Origin: Isurus oxyrinchus
Lineage: Eukaryota
DNA length: 64,000 nt
NCBI GenBank assembly: GCA_026770705.1
Contig: JANJGN010000019.1
Location: 37,076,001 to 37,140,000 of the forward strand
Reading direction: 5' to 3'
The notes below the pieces were generated by a model. It was not told where the DNA came from and ran no database searches. It saw only the letters and a program-made list of their open reading frames with translations. Position 1 is the first letter of the stretch. Each line of letters opens with the position of its first letter. Of the stretch, positions 48,271 through 61,989 are shown one piece after another. Made by a program: the position numbers and the translations under genes.

Positions 48271-49439
48271 CATATCCAAAAGAGGCCTGAAAATCATTTA
48301 ACCTTACATTGTATTGGAATGAGTGCAGAGGGGCCATTGCTGCTCCCCTCATGACTCTTCAGCACCCACTATGTTTATCGAGCTTTTAAATATTGTCCCT
48401 ATGGAGCCATAAGGAGCAGAAGACCTCCCACCATCTTCAAAGTATAGTGATCACCTCCCTCCCCAACCATTACAGTCGTACCAGCCCCACTCTGGAACTT
48501 ACCTTAGGGCTGCTATCATTGAGAGCTGAAATGAGGCAAGCTGCCTTGTGGAGGTGGAGCTCACCGAATATATTGAAATGAAACCCAAGGTCCAATTCTT
48601 GTTGCAATATTTTCAGCAATACATTTCAAATGTTCTTAACAGTGTGTGTCATGAGTCTTTGTTCACTCCAGAACCCTTGACCACAGTCAGAGAGACATTT
48701 TTGTTATTTGCACAGTTTTACATAAAATTTGATGAATTACAACAAAAGTCATCCTCACATGGAGGATCTTCACCTTCTGATGCTGAAATCTTGACTATCT
48801 GAATTATTTCAATAATTATTCATTACTAGTACTCATTTGCAGAGTGGATTCAAACTGGGAGGCAGCCATCAGTAACTGAAACCATAGGCTATCTGTGCAC
48901 CTGCAGAACTTCATATGAGAGATCGACTCTTTTTGTTATCAGAAGCTCAAACTGTGATTCTCATGTTTGGATATTAAGTGCTTCCTTTATCAATACAAAA
49001 GGTAGGCAGGCAAACTTTGCTGTAAAGAATATAATTCAGATATTACATATTCAAACAGTCCTATAACATTCAGAAGTTCAATGCAAATGTTATAATAGAT
49101 ATCATACTTTTCACACAGTTAATTGTTTATCATATTTAAAATCCTGAATCCTGTTCATTGTGTTACAGAATAATTTCCATCTATTAATAGAAAAGAACCA
49201 TAATTTGGGCATTTGATTGAAGTGTAGCGTTTTGATGAACATTTGATCATGTTGAGCCGTATCACTGAGATATTCTCAGTTTATCCAAATCAAACTTATC
49301 TATTTATCAAACTTCTCTTATCATTGCCTTGGCCAAAGCAATTATATTTGATGGAATAAATTTGATAAACTCCCGTTAAGAGATGAAGTAGGAGGTATCC
49401 ATGTACAAAACTGTATAATACATTGTATTAACTTCAGAT

Positions 49440-49775
49440 GTCAGCTTTGGTTTGGTGGTAACACTCCCACTTCTGAATCATAAGGATATAGGTTCAAGTC
49501 CTGCTCCAGTAATTTAAGCATAGTAATCCCGGCTGAGACTTCAGTGTAGTACTGAGAGATGCCGGCACTGTTTGAAGATGCTGTCCTTCAGATGAGACGT
49601 TTAACTGTGGCTCCATCTAACCTCTCAGGTAAAAGATTCCCATGGCACTACTTGAAGAAGAGCAGAGGAGTTCTTCCAGTGTCTTGGCCAATATTTACCA
49701 CTCGACCAACATCACTATAACAAATTACCTGATCATTTATCTCATGGCTGCTTATGGGGCTTTGCTCTTTGCTTC
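49440..49775 (+). mobile_element. SacSINE1/DeuSINE-like SINE
   Basis: Homologous to the reverse complement of 1430-1751 (TTCTGAATCA..GGTTCAAGTCC, TTCAGTGTAGTACTGAGAGA, GCCAATATTTA). Confidence 0.75.
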
Positions 49776-50299
49776 CTTATAGTATAACATCTGGTAAACA
49801 AAAAAGCTATAATGACAGTCAGCAATCTGCAATTCACCACTTTCATTGGTGACAATGAAGACCACCACATAACTGATGCATTCAATAAAAGAACTACAGA
49901 TTGCAACTTAGAAATGAATTCATTTTAATAAATTGTGCAGTGATTTATGAGCTTGATGTGCTTTGCTTGTACATTTCGCTCTTGCATCTGGTAAATTTTT
50001 CTGCTGGATGTCCACGTGCACCAACACTATGTCCCCTGGCTTAAGGATCAGCGCTGACAGCTGATGGCTGTTCCATGCATCTGCAACTCATGCTGCTGCG
50101 GTCACTGTGGAGTCTCTTTGGGCTCATTGCTTTTGAGGAGCACACACCAACCTAGACAACACAAATGCTGATGAACATCTTCATTAAAAAGCTGGCACAG
50201 CCTAAAGAAAAAATGACAATTCAAATATTAACTGAATGTGGGCTTACGGCCAAGAGCACAGATTTGCAATGAATATGTTAAAATTTGTTTTATTACATA

Positions 50300-51590
50300 G
50301 GATTCTAAAATTTTTAATTGTTGCTTTGGGATCATATTTCACAATTTTGTCCTTTTTTCTCAGAAGATATGAACTTAAAGGCCTTGCTTATGTAAGGAAA
50401 ACAAGTGATTACACAGAGAGTGGAATAGGACAACAGCTTTCCGTATTTCAATCTGGAGGGAAAAGGTCCCCAAAAGTACCATGACAACATTCTACATACA
50501 AGGTTGATTAACAAAATTGTGGAATAGAGTCGGTGCTCAATTGGATTTTTTAAAATGGCTTAAGGATAGAAAGCAGCAAGTCATGGTGGATGGTTGTTCT
50601 TCAGACTGGAGGATGGTAGAGGGTCAGTGCTAGGGCCACTGCCTTTTTTTGCTATTTATAAATTACTCAGATCTTGGCATATGGGAAAAAATTTTCAAAA
50701 TTTGCTGGTGTTACCAAACTTGGTGTGTGGCAGTCAGTGAGGACGATATGAATTGCCTGCACCAAGAGATAAAAAGACTAACAGAAAGGGCAGACAAGTG
50801 ACAGATGGCAACCATGAGGTGATTCATTTCATCAGAAGAGATCAGGAGAGGCAATATAGGCTTAATGGCACACTTCTAAAGTGTGTACAGGAACAGAGGG
50901 ATCTAGGGGTGCATATTCATCAATCTTTGAAGGTGGCAGGACATATTAAGAGAGTGGTTAGGAAAGCATATGGGACTTTGGGCTTCATGAATAGAGGCAT
51001 CGAGCACAAAAGCAGGGAATTATGCTGAACATTTCTAAAGCTATGATTAGGCCCCAACTAGAGTTTGTGTCTAGTTCTGGTCAACGGACTTTAGGAAAAA
51101 TGTGAATGTCTGCAAGAGGGTGGAGGGTGCAGAGAAGATTTACCAAAATGGCTCCAGGACTGAGGATTTTAGATACAAGGTTAGGTTGGAAAGGCTGAGG
51201 TTATGCTGCTTGGAGCAAAGGAGATTGAGGAAAGATATGACACCGATGTACAAGATTATGAAAAGTTTAGATAAGGTAGACAAGGAAAAAAAATTCCATT
51301 AATACAGTACAAGGATGCAGGGACACAAATTTAAAATTTTGGGCAAGCGATGCAGGGCGAAGGTGACGAAGAACTTTTTTACACAGTGAGTGATAATAAT
51401 CTGGAATTCACTGCCCACGAGTGTGATAGGGGAAGTGGAAACAATGATTTCAAAAGAAAATTTGATGGGCACTTAAAAGAAATAAACTTCCAGGGTTATG
51501 GGCATTGGGCAGGGGAATGGGACTGACTGGATTGCTCCGCAGGGAGCATGTATCGATTCGATGGGCCTCCTTCTGTGCCGTAAATGAATG
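50300..51590 (+). mobile_element. CR1 LINE, degenerate RT to 3' tail
   Basis: QEQRDLGVHIHQSLKVAGH..VVRKAYGTLGF and MYKIMKSLDKVDKEK. Tail ATGGGCCTCCTTCTGTGCCGTAAATG. Confidence 0.9.
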
Positions 51591-51595
51591 ACCCA

Positions 51596-52760
51596 TGGCC
51601 TGCATTTTCACTCAAGAGTTGGGAGCATAGATGATGAAAATTCCCGGCTCCGCAAATCCAACTCAGGAGAAAGTGACCCGGATGGTCTGATTTTTCATTC
51701 CGTGTGTGTTTGGAGGGGGTGGGGAGGGTGGGGGGGGGGGGGGGGGGGGTGGGGGGGCAGTGGGGGGGCGGTGGAAGCAGAGGGAGGGTAGCAGGTGTTC
51801 ATGGGAATTGGACCTGACACCCCCAGAAAGAACTTAGAGGCAGTCACAGGAGCTGCCAGGTGCAGAGGCCAGCTGTGTAAAAGGCCTACCGGTGTTCTGG
51901 GACTTCATCTAGCTGGAAAAGGACAATAAAACAAAAAACCGCCTTCCAGCATTCACTCCTCACCCCTCCACACATTCCCCATGTCCTATCCATACCAACC
52001 CATGGCACCTCATGCCCCTCTACCCACCCCCATGGCCTTTTATAGCTCCTATGCCAACCCAAGCCCCTCACCCAGATCCACCATGGGCAGGCCCAGGGAC
52101 TCATGCTGAAGTGAAATAAAATAAAGTTCTAAGTGCTGGATTTTAATTCTTGAGGTGGGTAGCGGGAGTTGGGGAAATCCCCAGCTTGACCCATCTACTT
52201 CAGAAGAAAGTGCCCAAGGATGGGGTTTTCATTGTGGGCGTGTGGGTGCTGGCTGCTGTCAACCCGGTTGATGCAGGAAAATGTTCGCAGGTAGCCACTG
52301 TGGCTGCCAGTTGCTGAGGCAGGCTATTTAAACGGCTTGCCTCAGTGCTGAGGGCCTTTGTCCCAGTTATAATAAAAAAAACAAAGGCCTCCCAGCCTTC
52401 ATCCCTCAAACCCCCTCACCCCCACACACTCCCCATGCTCCATCCATCCACCTCATGCTGTCCAACCACACCCTATAGCCCGTCATGCCCCCATGCCAAG
52501 TTGTGCCCCCAAACAATCACTATTGTCCCCATGCCAAGCAATGGCACTTACATGCCCGTTCAACCACTATACACTATATAGAAGAAATGAACCATATGGT
52601 GACAGTAGGATGTGGAAAAGAAGCTTTAAAAAAGCAATTCATTAATAATTTTCCACTCCCTTAAAAAAAAACTACATTTCATTACAGCCTAATAAAAGTG
52701 TCGATCACTCAGACCATTTAAAGTATCAATAGCAGAAACTGTAAGCACTTGAACCCGCTT
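51596..52760. mobile_element. Two adjacent Harbinger-type non-autonomous fragments
   Basis: Starts GGCCTGCATTTTC (51597) and GTGCTGGATTTT (52132). Both carry similar CCCATG-rich tracts followed by A-rich segments. Confidence 0.5.
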
Positions 52761-53289
52761 TATCTTATAGGAATAAACATGGATAGATAGATGAGAGAGC
52801 CGGAGCTGTCAATCAAGCGATGTTTTGTCTGGAACTCAGGTGTTTCAACAGACCAGTGGATCTCTGGGCCCTCAACGAAGAATACAGAGGGCAGAATTTT
52901 CCCAGGACCCGCACACCAAAGCGTAAAATTACGCACAGTGATGTCAGGCGAGCGTCCCGAAGTCACCGCGCACCATCGCAATATTTTGTTGGGGGGCAGG
53001 TGATGATATCTGATGCGCACCCGCCATTAATTAACGGGTCACTTAAAGCCCTTGAGGCACCAACCAACTGCGATTTTTCTTGCCCATGTGATCTTCGGGT
53101 CAGCGCACGGGTGCAACGGGCAGGCAGGTAAGACACATTTGTATAAACCTCATCCACGGGCTGGGTAAGAGGGCTCACTAGGGTTGTGAGTGTGCTCTGT
53201 CAAATATTGATTTTTCATTGTTACTAATACTTGCCTGTGGGATCTGCAATATGTCAAAACGCATACCAGCTGCTTGGACCTGACTCACA

Positions 53290-54482
53290 AGCTTCAGATC
53301 AGGAGTCTGACACACTTTGAAAACAGAGCCATCCAGCTGGCCGACGAGGATCTGGACCATTCCTGTGCTGACGGTAAGGTCAGCACTGCTCTACCAAGTG
53401 AGGGTCCAGCAGTGCAACATCCATCAGAGAACCATGCTGTGACTGATGTGTCCTGTTTCACTGCTCACTGCCATGTACTAATTATCTCCCCTTGCTTTCA
53501 CAGGCACATCTGGCAAACAGCTGACAGAGTCCACGACCCAGGGCCTCCAATCAAGCTCCGAAGAAACCTCTGCAGAGGAATCTGAAGGCACCTTCCTTGA
53601 AGCTCCATCACAGCGCTCACCCACACCCACCACCAGCGCAGAGTCACACACTTCGGTGGGACCTTGTTCCAGTGGTCCTGAGTAGTGATCCGATGGGTTG
53701 ACAATCCGGTGAGCACATCGCATTTTCTAATCCAAAGCAGGCGGTGGCAGATGTCCAGCACTCAGACGGCTGCTGGAGGCCAGAAATCTGCTGAGTCCAA
53801 GTCAGATGAGGAGCCTCTGGACTCAGTCTTGTCACAGTTGCAGGAGATGCAAAGGCAAGCTCAAGACACCAAGAAGGGATGTCCGCTGCACTCTTCAGAT
53901 TGCAAGGCACAATGGAGGGCTCCGTCCACCTTCAGGCTGTGTTGATAGTACCGGCATGCCAATGTGCTGAGGTCAACACTGGTCAGATGGCAGATGCCAT
54001 GGAGGCCTTGGTCCACAACGTCGCTCCTGCACTGCTGCGCAGGCTGAACTCCATCACTGACACCATAGTTGACCTCCAACAGTCTGTATGCAAAAGGGTT
54101 GCAGGGCAGCTCAATCTCACTCCAGCTATCCCTTCTCTTCAAATGGTCAGCAAGGGACCCCCAGGCTCCCATAGGGAGGAGGATCAACAGGTGTCATCCC
54201 CGGGGCCATCCATCCAGGAGACTAAGGGACCGTCCAGCCCATCCGTATCCCTTCTTCCTGTGACCTCCGCAGATCCAGCTCCAGAGGCAGAGGAAAATGC
54301 CACTGCCACACAGCAGGATCCTGAAAGCAGGCCAGGCACTCAAGATTTCGACCCACCCTAGGACACCTATCAATTCGTCACAGACAGGGCATAGCAATCA
54401 GCAGGCTGCTTCCACCTCCACTGTGGATGTTGGGGGAGCGCCAAGACGTAGCAGCAGAGTTAAGAAAGTTAAAAAGATGTAG
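53290..54482 (+). pseudogene. Harbinger Myb/SANT partner gene, exons 2-3 (exon 1 apparently deleted)
   Basis: IRSLTHFENRAIQLADEDLDHSC matches copy A exon 2. Donor GT 53398, acceptor AG 53502-03. Exon 3 has ESKSDEEPLD and MADAMEALV and ends RRSSRVKKVKKM*. Confidence 0.82.
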
Positions 54483-55187
54483 TTGCACAGCCTAGGTATG
54501 GGTGTTAATCACTCATACATAATGTTCACCATTGTCAGTAAACTCCCAAGAATGTCTCCCTGCCTATGGCTCCTCGTTCTGATGAACAGTGTTCTTGTCA
54601 CTCAGATGTGAAGCCTTTCTGCACAAGATAAAGGCAGGTGTCTCAGTTCAGGGCCTCTTCCCTGGGCTTTGTGCAGCCTTCAGACCGAAGTGATGGTCCG
54701 GCCTTACACTCCCTGGGCACATTACCGATGCCTCCACCTCAATGGTGCTTGTCATTGCTGCCAGAATGTAGTGGGCAGGCATCATCGAGTTCCATCATTC
54801 TCTCTATGTACTCTCAGCACCTTTAGGGTAGGGCTGGCCCCCATCTCTTCAGCATCTATGACCAGTGGCGCTGTGCTCCTGAAGGGGTTTGGTGCAGAAG
54901 GCAGACAAAGGATTGGGTGCTGTTAAAGTTTCATGGCTGCGTCTCCATGATGTGACCCCGACCACAGAGCCCATGCGAGCTGCCCTCGGGCAGACAGGAG
55001 TCAGACATTCTCAGAGTCTATGTGAAGATCAAAGGAGTGTCCTCATTGCATGTCATCATGATCTTCCTACAATCGAGTGACTATTAGGGCCTCCACTGCA
55101 TCTCCATGACAGGAGCATTATCACAGGCCATAAGCCAGACTGGAGTCAAACGTTCACAGGTGCAATGTGAGGATCTATGGTGTCTTC

Positions 55188-56435
55188 TCACTGCATGTCA
55201 TCATCATCCTTTACAAAGCTAGCAGCTGTGAGGGCCTCCTGAGCATGCCTGCCTCATCTGGCCAGGGCAAGGGCCTTGTCACTGTCATCATCGCCTTCGA
55301 GGACCTCCCCACCCTCATCACCATCAATGTCCTCCTCATTGGAGGAGACCTCCAGCTGTTGCATCTCCTCAACAGCCAGCTCCTCTGCCCATTGCAGCGC
55401 CAGGTTGTAGAGGGCACAGCAGGTGATGACAATGTGTGAAACCTTCTGTGGACTGTATTGCAGGGCTCCACCAGACCGGTCCAGGCACCGAAACCTCATC
55501 TTCAACATCCCAATGGTCTGCTTCACCAAGTTGCAAGTTGCCGCATGAGCCTCGTTATACCTTCACTCTGCTGCTGTCTGAGGCGGCCATGAGGATGTCA
55601 TTAGCCATGTCCACTGTGGGTAGCCCTTGTCCCTGAGAAGGCATCCCTGCATCCTCTGTGGACCCTGGAAGATGTCAGGAACCTTTGACCGACTGAGGAT
55701 GTAGGAGTCATGCACACTCCCTGGAAACCGTGCGCAGACCTGCAGGATGCATTTGTGGTGGTCGCACACCAGCTGCACATTCAACAAATGGAATCCCTTG
55801 TGGTTGACATAGTTGACCACCTGTTGCGATGGAGATCTGAGCTCCACATGAGCGCAGCTGATGGCACCCTGCACCTGTGGGAAACCCGAGATCTGGGCAA
55901 ATCCAATCGCTCTTGCATCCAGGCTTCCCTGGTCCCAGCAAATTGCACAAAGTTGTGTGTCCTTGTGAAGATGGTACCTGTGACCTCATGGAAGCATTTG
56001 TGGGTGAGGCTTGTGATAGCCCACAGATGTCACCTGTGGAGCCCTGAAAGGAGCCACTGGCATAGAAATTGAGCGCCGCAGTGACTTTCACGGTCACTGG
56101 CAGTGAATGCCCACCATGTCTACCTGGTTCCAAATCCTATGCTAGCTGATGGATGTGAGCGATCAGTTCCCTAGACATGCGCAGCCTTCGGCAACATTGG
56201 TTCTTTGTCATCTGCAAGAATGAAAGGTGGCATCTTTGGACCCTGGGTCTACCTAGGTGCCAACCAGCAATGGTTCACTGTGGTTCTTCAGCAATGTGTG
56301 TGGGAAACACAGCCGCCCCCTCTTCCAAAGGGTGCTCCTCCTCCCTCTGTGCAGCCAGGTGCCTCAGTGACTCTCTTCTCCGTCATCTTCGCTCTATGTA
56401 CCCCTGAGGCTTACAGCTAGTTTACCAGGCTCCAC
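55188..56435 (-). pseudogene. Harbinger (HARBI1-like) DDE transposase, full span but inactivated
   Basis: LPVTVKVTAALNFYASGSFQ, GAISCAHV, YVNHKGFHLLNVQLVCD, FPGSVHDSYIL, DKGYP, VKQTIGMLKMRFRCLD, CCALYNL and an acidic tail. First catalytic D reads S and catalytic E reads K. Frameshifts and stops are present. Confidence 0.93.
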
Positions 56436-58029
56436 GATCCTGATGTACTCCTCCTGCAGGATGAAAGAGAGAGAAGCATGGGTTAGCATGGATAAACTAA
56501 GAACCTGTCTTGGTTAAGTCTGAAGGCCCCTGCATGCGTCCCAGAGAGTGCTGGCCACCACTTGGATGGTCAGAGAGTTGTGCACTGAATGGCTGCCTAA
56601 AACTCCACCTTCCTCTGCCCCACTCTACTTGACTGATTGGCAGCAGCTTTTGTCATTGGGCTGCATGCTGTGCTCTCAGCTCAGGTGCAGGCATTCTCCT
56701 AACCCGCATTGCAAGGCTGCACTGTTAGCTTGAACCATGGGAGAAACTGGTCCAAACCAGGATGGTGACATTGTAAGGGGCTGTGAACACCTCCACCAGT
56801 GATTGCTCCATGTCAGCTGTAGCAAGGAGACTGTACAACGTGCCCAGTCATCCAACTGTTCTGCAGTGCACTAAAATGCTCATTACTTTGCAGTCTGTGC
56901 CTGAGGGGTGAAAAGTTCTGGAGCACTTGGCATTTTGATGCCTCTGTGTTGCTTGAGTTGGCAGATAACCTCGATGCCAGACTCCAATCATGCCCATGTG
57001 GCTGGGCCTGAACTGTCTTAGCTGCAGAGGAATGGTCACTTTATACAAGGTTTCCCAATTGCGTGGCCACTTCCCTCACCCACCACCCCCGTTCACCACA
57101 CACATGCTTGCGCGCTACCTTCAACCACAGGGCAGCCTTTGCCCCCAAACCCCCCCCCCAATGTGCCTCAACCCTGAAGCCCAACAGGCCTTGTGACTTC
57201 TCTGCAATGTTACTGTGCACTCACCTCCAAGTTCCCCTCAAAGCGCAGCCCACCAACTGCATGCCTTTTATATGCATCAGCGGGGTATGTGTCCAGCGGG
57301 CTAGCCTTCTAACGATATGCTGATGCATTACAATAAGGTTCCCAACGTCCAATGGCAGAAAACACAATTTTTGGCCTTCGCACCATATTGTCTGTTCACG
57401 CCACCGACCACGCCCGATGCCAATAGGCATGGATGATTCCGCCCTATGGTTCATGACATCTCCGAAGTGCTGTGAAACATGGTGCTTTGAAAAGCTGGCC
57501 TGACTCCATGAAAATTGCAGAGGACTAGAACATGCCTATTCTCACAATGAGTTTATCCACTTTTTACACACATTCATGTCTACTTTTCACAATCCCAAAG
57601 AGCATTTGACCTCTCCCAAAGGGCACTTGACCTCTCTCAAATGGCACCTGACATCTGCCAAAGATGTCTTTGGACCTATCCAAAAGGGGACCCTCCCTCT
57701 CCAAAGAAATGCAGGAGCTTTAGACCTCCTCCTGAAAGGTCTAAAGCCCGCAAGTCATGTCTTGGACATCCCATGAATAAAATTTGGCTCTGTTTGAAGA
57801 CAACAGCACTTTTACATGTGCAGCTGCTTCCATGAACCAGTCCTCATTGCCCCCAGTCACCAGCAAAAAGGGTAGGTGCCAGACTCAGGGATGGGACTTC
57901 TGGAATTGGGGCTCTGGTGCCATTTTGGCTAAGCTGGACATCTTCTCTGTCTTTGCAAAAATTCAAGTCTATGACTCTATGACATGGAGGCTAATTTTAC
58001 TAAGATGAGATACAATTTTGCCCAAGTAG

Positions 58030-60150
58030 ACTGGGAGCAGCTTACTTGTTTGCAGATAAAACTGTGTCAAAGTCATGGGAGGCATTCAAGGAGGGAATAG
58101 CATGAGTACAGGGCAAATATGTTCTCGTAAAAACAAATGGAGGGACCAAGTCCAGCGAAATCTGGATATCAAGAGACATAAATGTTAGGATTAAGAAAAA
58201 AAAGAGAAGCTTATGGCAAATACTGAGGGCTCAATACAACAGAGTCCCTAGAGGAGTATAAAAAGTGCAGGAGGGAACTTAAAAAGGAAATTAGGAAAGC
58301 TAAGAGAGTGCATGAGAAAGCATTCGTGGGTAGAATAAAGGAAAAGCCAAAGGGTTTTTAAATATATAAAGAGCAAGAGAATAACTAGGAAAAGAGTAGG
58401 GCCAATTAGGGATGATAGAGGTAATCTGTAAGTGGACCAAGAAGCCTTGGGCACAGTCCTCAATGAATACTTTGCATTGATCTTTACAGTGGAAAAGGAT
58501 GATGCAGGTATAGATATCAGGGTGGAGTACTGTGAAATATTGAGGAAATTTACATAGAGTAGATACTAGAAGTTTTCATGGTCTTAAAAGTGGATGAATC
58601 TGCAGGCCCAGTTAAGATGTATCCCAGGCTGTTGAGGAGGCAAGGGAAGAGAAATCAGGAGCCCTGGCAGTAATCTTCAAATCCTTTCTGGTCACGGTGA
58701 GGTGCCAGAGGACTTGAGGACTGCTAGCAGTGTCCCATTATTAAAAAAGGGAGGAAAGGGATAGACCAGGAAATTACAGGCCAGTCAGCCTAAGCTCGGT
58801 GGTGGGGAAGTTATTAGAAAGAATTCTGAGGGGGAGAACATACCTGCACTTGGAGAGACATAGATTAATCAGGGATAGTCAGCATGCATTTGTTGAGGGG
58901 AGGTTGTGTTTGACAAATTTGATTGAATTTTTTGAGGAGGTAACCAGGAGAGTTGATGAGGGTAATACATTTGATATGGTCTATGTGGACTTTAGCAAAG
59001 TTTTTGATAAGGCATCTCTTGGCAGACTGGTCAAGAAAGTAAGAGCCCATGGGATCCAAGGCAAAGTGGCACATTGGATCCAAAATTGACTGAGAGGCAG
59101 GGAGCAGAGGGTGATGATAGAGGGATGTTTCTGTAACTGGAAGTCTCTTTCCAGTGGGGTTCCACAGGGCTCGGTGCTGGGGCCCTTGCTGTTTGTGGTG
59201 TACATAAATGATTTGACCTTAAATGAAGAGGTATGATCAAGAAGTTCATGGATGACACAAAAATTGGTAAGTTGTTAAATAGTGAGGAGGATAGCTGTAA
59301 ACTACAGAAGGATATCAATGGACTGGTGAGATGGGCAGAGCAGTGGCAAATAGAATTCAACACGGAAAAGTGTGAGGTAATGCACTTGGGGAGGGCTAAA
59401 AAGGCAAGGGATTACACAATGAATGGTAGGACCCTAGAAAGTACTGAAGATCAGAGGGGCCTTGGTGTGCAAATCCACAGATCCCTGAGGGTAGCAGGGC
59501 AGATAGATAAGGTGGTTAAGAAGGTATATGGGATACTTGCTTTTATTAGCCAAGGCATAGAATACAAGAGCAAGGAGGTTATGCTGGAACTGTATAAAAT
59601 GCTGGTTAGGCCACAACTGGAGTACTGCGTGCAGTTCTGGCCACCACATTATAGGAAGGATGTGATTGCACTGGAGAGGGTTCAGAGGAGATTTACCAGG
59701 AAGCTGCCTGGGCTGGAGGGTCTGAGTACAAGGAAAGACTGGATAGGCTGGGGCTGTTTTCCTTGGAGCAGCAAAGGTTGAAAGGAGACCTGATAGAGGT
59801 GTTTAAGATTATGAAGGGCATAGTTAGGGTGAATGGGAAGGCACTTTTTCCATTGTTAGAGGGATCAATAACCAGGGGGCATGAATTTAAGGTAAGAAGT
59901 AGAACACTAAGAGGGAATTTGAGGAGAAAGTTTTTCACCCAGCGGGTGGTAGAAGTCTGGAATTCACTGCCTGAAAGGGTGGTTGAGTCAGAAACTCTTG
60001 TAACATTTAATATGTATTTAGATATCCACATGCGTTTCCATAGCTTCCAGCACTAGAAAATGGGATTAGTCAGATCTTTGTTGACCAGCGGAGACACGAT
60101 GGGCTGAATGGCCTCCTTCTGTGCTGTAAATGTCTATGAGTCTATTTCTG
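58030..60150 (+). mobile_element. CR1 LINE, ~2.1 kb of ORF2 plus tail
   Basis: NYRPVSL, SQHAF, CLTNLIEFFEEVT, DFSKVFDK, GVPQGSVLGPLLF, KFMDDTK, LVRPQLEYC, FFTQRVV. Confidence 0.96.
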
Positions 60151-61679
60151 ACAGTGGCTGATTTAGAAGTACATGTATGGGAAATGAGTCCTGAAGACCT
60201 GGGGGATGGGGATTCATCTCTTCCAGGAAGATTTGATTTTGAACACCTTTTTTGGTCCATGTTGGAATGAACTGTGAATCATTGGATAAACCTTGCTTTG
60301 CACAATCTACCTTTTAAAACAGTTTTCATTCTTAATGAATTGTATCAAAGTTAAGTATGTTGCAGCATTCAATGCAGTAATTCAAAACAACAGCAACTTT
60401 CTACTGCCTCCATCAAAAAAAAAATCAATGTGATCATTTATATGAAGACAGTGAAGGAATTCACAGCCAGGTTATTAGGTTAACTAGCTAGCTCAATTTC
60501 AAATTCCATGTAGAATTAGATAAATAAACCATCCGCAAAAGTGGAAGCTAGTACTTTGTGCTAATTACAAAGATGTACTAAAACAATTTGCTGCTGTTGG
60601 ATAATGTCCTCAGAGATGAAAGGTCAACACTATAATACATGCCTTCTCACACATTGCAGCATGCAGCAACTCATGCTTCAACACATTTAATGGAACATTG
60701 TGTTATCAAGCTTCCATTTTGAAAAATAGGGCAAAGTTCTCCTGCAAACTGTTTCACTTGGACCAGACAACATTTTACAGTAGGCAGCACAGGGCATGAA
60801 AACAACGCACAGGAAGAATTTATGAGCCATTTACCATCAAATGCCAAAGACAGCCAATGGGACCTCAAGCATGAACCCAAGAAAGTGCAGGATGTTCTGG
60901 GTTGACTTTCCAGAGGCAGTAATGGTGCTGATTTTATTCTACAGATCCTCACAGATCTATGGAAATACTGATCGTCAGTATCAAATGCTGATGTTTGATA
61001 TATATCCATGGTACTGCCAACTGTTACTAATGCAGAATTAGATAATGGAACAGAACTGTTACTTATAGCTCTAATCAGCATCTCCTATATTTAACATGAC
61101 GTCCTGACTATAAAACAATGGGTATCATTATGATATCAGAACCCTTTCTTCACGGTTGCCTGTAGCAGTTCTTCATGCAAACTGAAGCTGGCTGTAACTG
61201 TATTTTGGAGCTTAACAATTGCAGCTAGGTACAAGAATTTTAATATATCACTAGCGAATCTCCTGCTGCGCTGCTCAGATTAATGTTAGAAATACCTGCA
61301 AAACAGCCACTCTTCTGTGCAGTCACTTTAAATAGCCCTGGAAATGGCTACTTCAGGCCTGTGTCAACAATGATTAATGAGCCAGACCAGCACTCAGCAA
61401 GCTCCCTGCTCCCTGCAGTCCTGCACCAAAATGACATCAGAGTCCAAACAACGTCATAGGAACTCAATTTGTGATATACAATGAGGATTGACATTTGTTT
61501 CTGGTAGAAGCACACGTTGTTTTAATCCAGGCCTCTTGGTAAAGGAGAGCAGCAGGACTTGAGTGGCAAGTCAGCAGTCTTGCTATCATTCCACCCCTCT
61601 GAGATCTGGGGGCAGTATGGAGCCCAAAATCAGGGCCATCATGTCTTAGGTCTCAAACAAGAATATGTTAACTTCATAC

Positions 61680-61950
61680 TTCAGCAAGAAATGCAGGGGT
61701 AAGTGTGAGGAAGAACTTTTTATGCAGTGAGTGGTAATGACCTGTAATTCACTGCCCAAGAGGGAGGTGGAAGCAGAAATAATCAATAACTTGAAAAGGA
61801 AACTGGATGGGCACTTGAAGGAAATAAACCTGCAGGGCGACTGGGATCAAACGAGGGAGTAACACTGACTGGATTGCTCCTCTGTGAGCTGGCATGGACT
61901 CAATGGGCTGAAGACCTCCTTTTGTGCAGTAAATGGCTCTCTGACTCTAT
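61680..61950 (+). mobile_element. CR1 3' fragment
   Basis: Matches 51340-51590 (GAAGAACTTTTT...CACTGCCC...GATGGGCACTT). Confidence 0.8.
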
Positions 61951-61989
61951 GCTGTTCTATTTATAGTAGTTCTATAGTAGCTAGCTACC

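Larger units (their letters stand above)
52889..57444. mobile_element. Near-complete PIF/Harbinger DNA transposon (copy C) with convergent Myb and transposase genes
   Basis: TIRs GGGCAGAATTTTCC (52889) and GGATGATTCCGCCC (57431-57444). Myb exons on +, DDE transposase on -. TSD not resolvable. Confidence 0.92.

Noticed and set aside
48548-48802. 84-aa ORF in non-repeat DNA as a host exon
   Set aside because: No recognisable homology and no convincing splice donor/acceptor pair. It cannot be supported without alignment.
51715-51775. Long G runs (also C runs at 34757-34780) as functional G-quadruplexes
   Set aside because: Homopolymer expansions inside repeats that are common in these elements and prone to assembly error.
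55188-56435. Domesticated host HARBI1 gene
   Set aside because: Sits inside TIRs, has a second copy at 13046, and carries frameshifts, stops and altered catalytic residues.
60945-61010. Plus-strand AG...GT bounded segment as a small host exon
   Set aside because: Weak donor (GTACTG), unrecognised peptide and an alternative explanation as transposon relic.
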